Assembly (NCBI GenBank): GCA_036642175.1
Contig: JAVWDK010000003.1
Span: forward strand, 1 to 35,300
Direction: 5' to 3'
Length of the DNA stretch: 35,300 bases
Source: Bacilli bacterium
GTDB taxonomy: Bacteria; Bacillota_I; Bacilli_A; RF39; UBA660
Shown: positions 35,102 through 35,300 of the stretch, in pieces
Layout: each line of letters starts with the position of its first letter
Numbering within the stretch: position 1 is the stretch's first letter
The notes under the pieces: generated by a model
Database searches by the model: none
What the model saw: the letters and a program-made list of their open reading frames with translations, nothing else
What the model was told of the DNA's origin: nothing
Made by a program: the position numbers and the translations under genes

Positions 35102-35300
35102 AGTATTCTTTAGGAATTTATCTTCCATATTTTAAGATATGTATCATGGTATTTTCAATGTAGGCTAATTGCATAAATTTGGTGAAATAATCAGTGTTTA
35201 ATTTTTTGCAAAAGGTTTGCATTTTGATAATTTTGTTAATAATTCAAACGATTTTATAAGTCAAGGTATGAATAATCTGACAATTAATAAGCAAAGCAAA

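Overview
This is a very AT-rich chromosomal segment, roughly 25-30% G+C by eye, from a low-GC Gram-positive (Bacillota-type) genome. The standard genetic code applies: TGA ends ponA, stp, rsgA and pdp where homologues end, and TGG encodes Trp. Peptidoglycan genes are present, so this is not a wall-less Mollicute. About 32 protein genes are present, nearly all on the + strand and mostly core housekeeping. Their neighbourhoods are classic for Bacilli/Erysipelotrichia-like genomes. From left to right they are: a GGDEF membrane protein (5' partial) and a YihY-family gene; ponA-recU (minus strand) facing gpsB-rnpB; a rodZ-like gene and a pgsA-like gene; CIRCE-hrcA-grpE-dnaK-pepF-dnaJ; an orphan 361-aa gene; deoD; an M16 peptidase pair; secG; rlmN-stp-prkC-rsgA-rpe; parE; uvrA; a YcxB-like gene; frr; pdp; a NERD-like gene; T-box-glyQS. 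The right edge holds two small orphan ORFs and about 260 bp of non-coding DNA. RNA features are one type-B RNase P RNA and one T-box leader. I saw no rRNA, tRNA, CRISPR array, IS element or prophage genes. I could not identify a convincing multi-gene novel system; the window reads as ordinary core chromosome. The observations I consider most worth a second look are listed here. (1) The glyQS T-box has a textbook antiterminator, but its Stem I seems reduced to a K-turn plus a small hairpin carrying GGA in the loop. (2) The PgsA orthologue has four of the eight invariant motif positions substituted, including two of the four aspartates. (3) GrpE carries a metallothionein-like 7-Cys N-terminal cluster. 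(4) A 75-codon ORF continues in the +1 frame exactly at the PBP1A stop codon. (5) At the right edge, an orphan 91-aa helical protein lies behind a perfect 24-bp palindrome. All functional calls come from motif recognition and remembered homologues, not from database searches.
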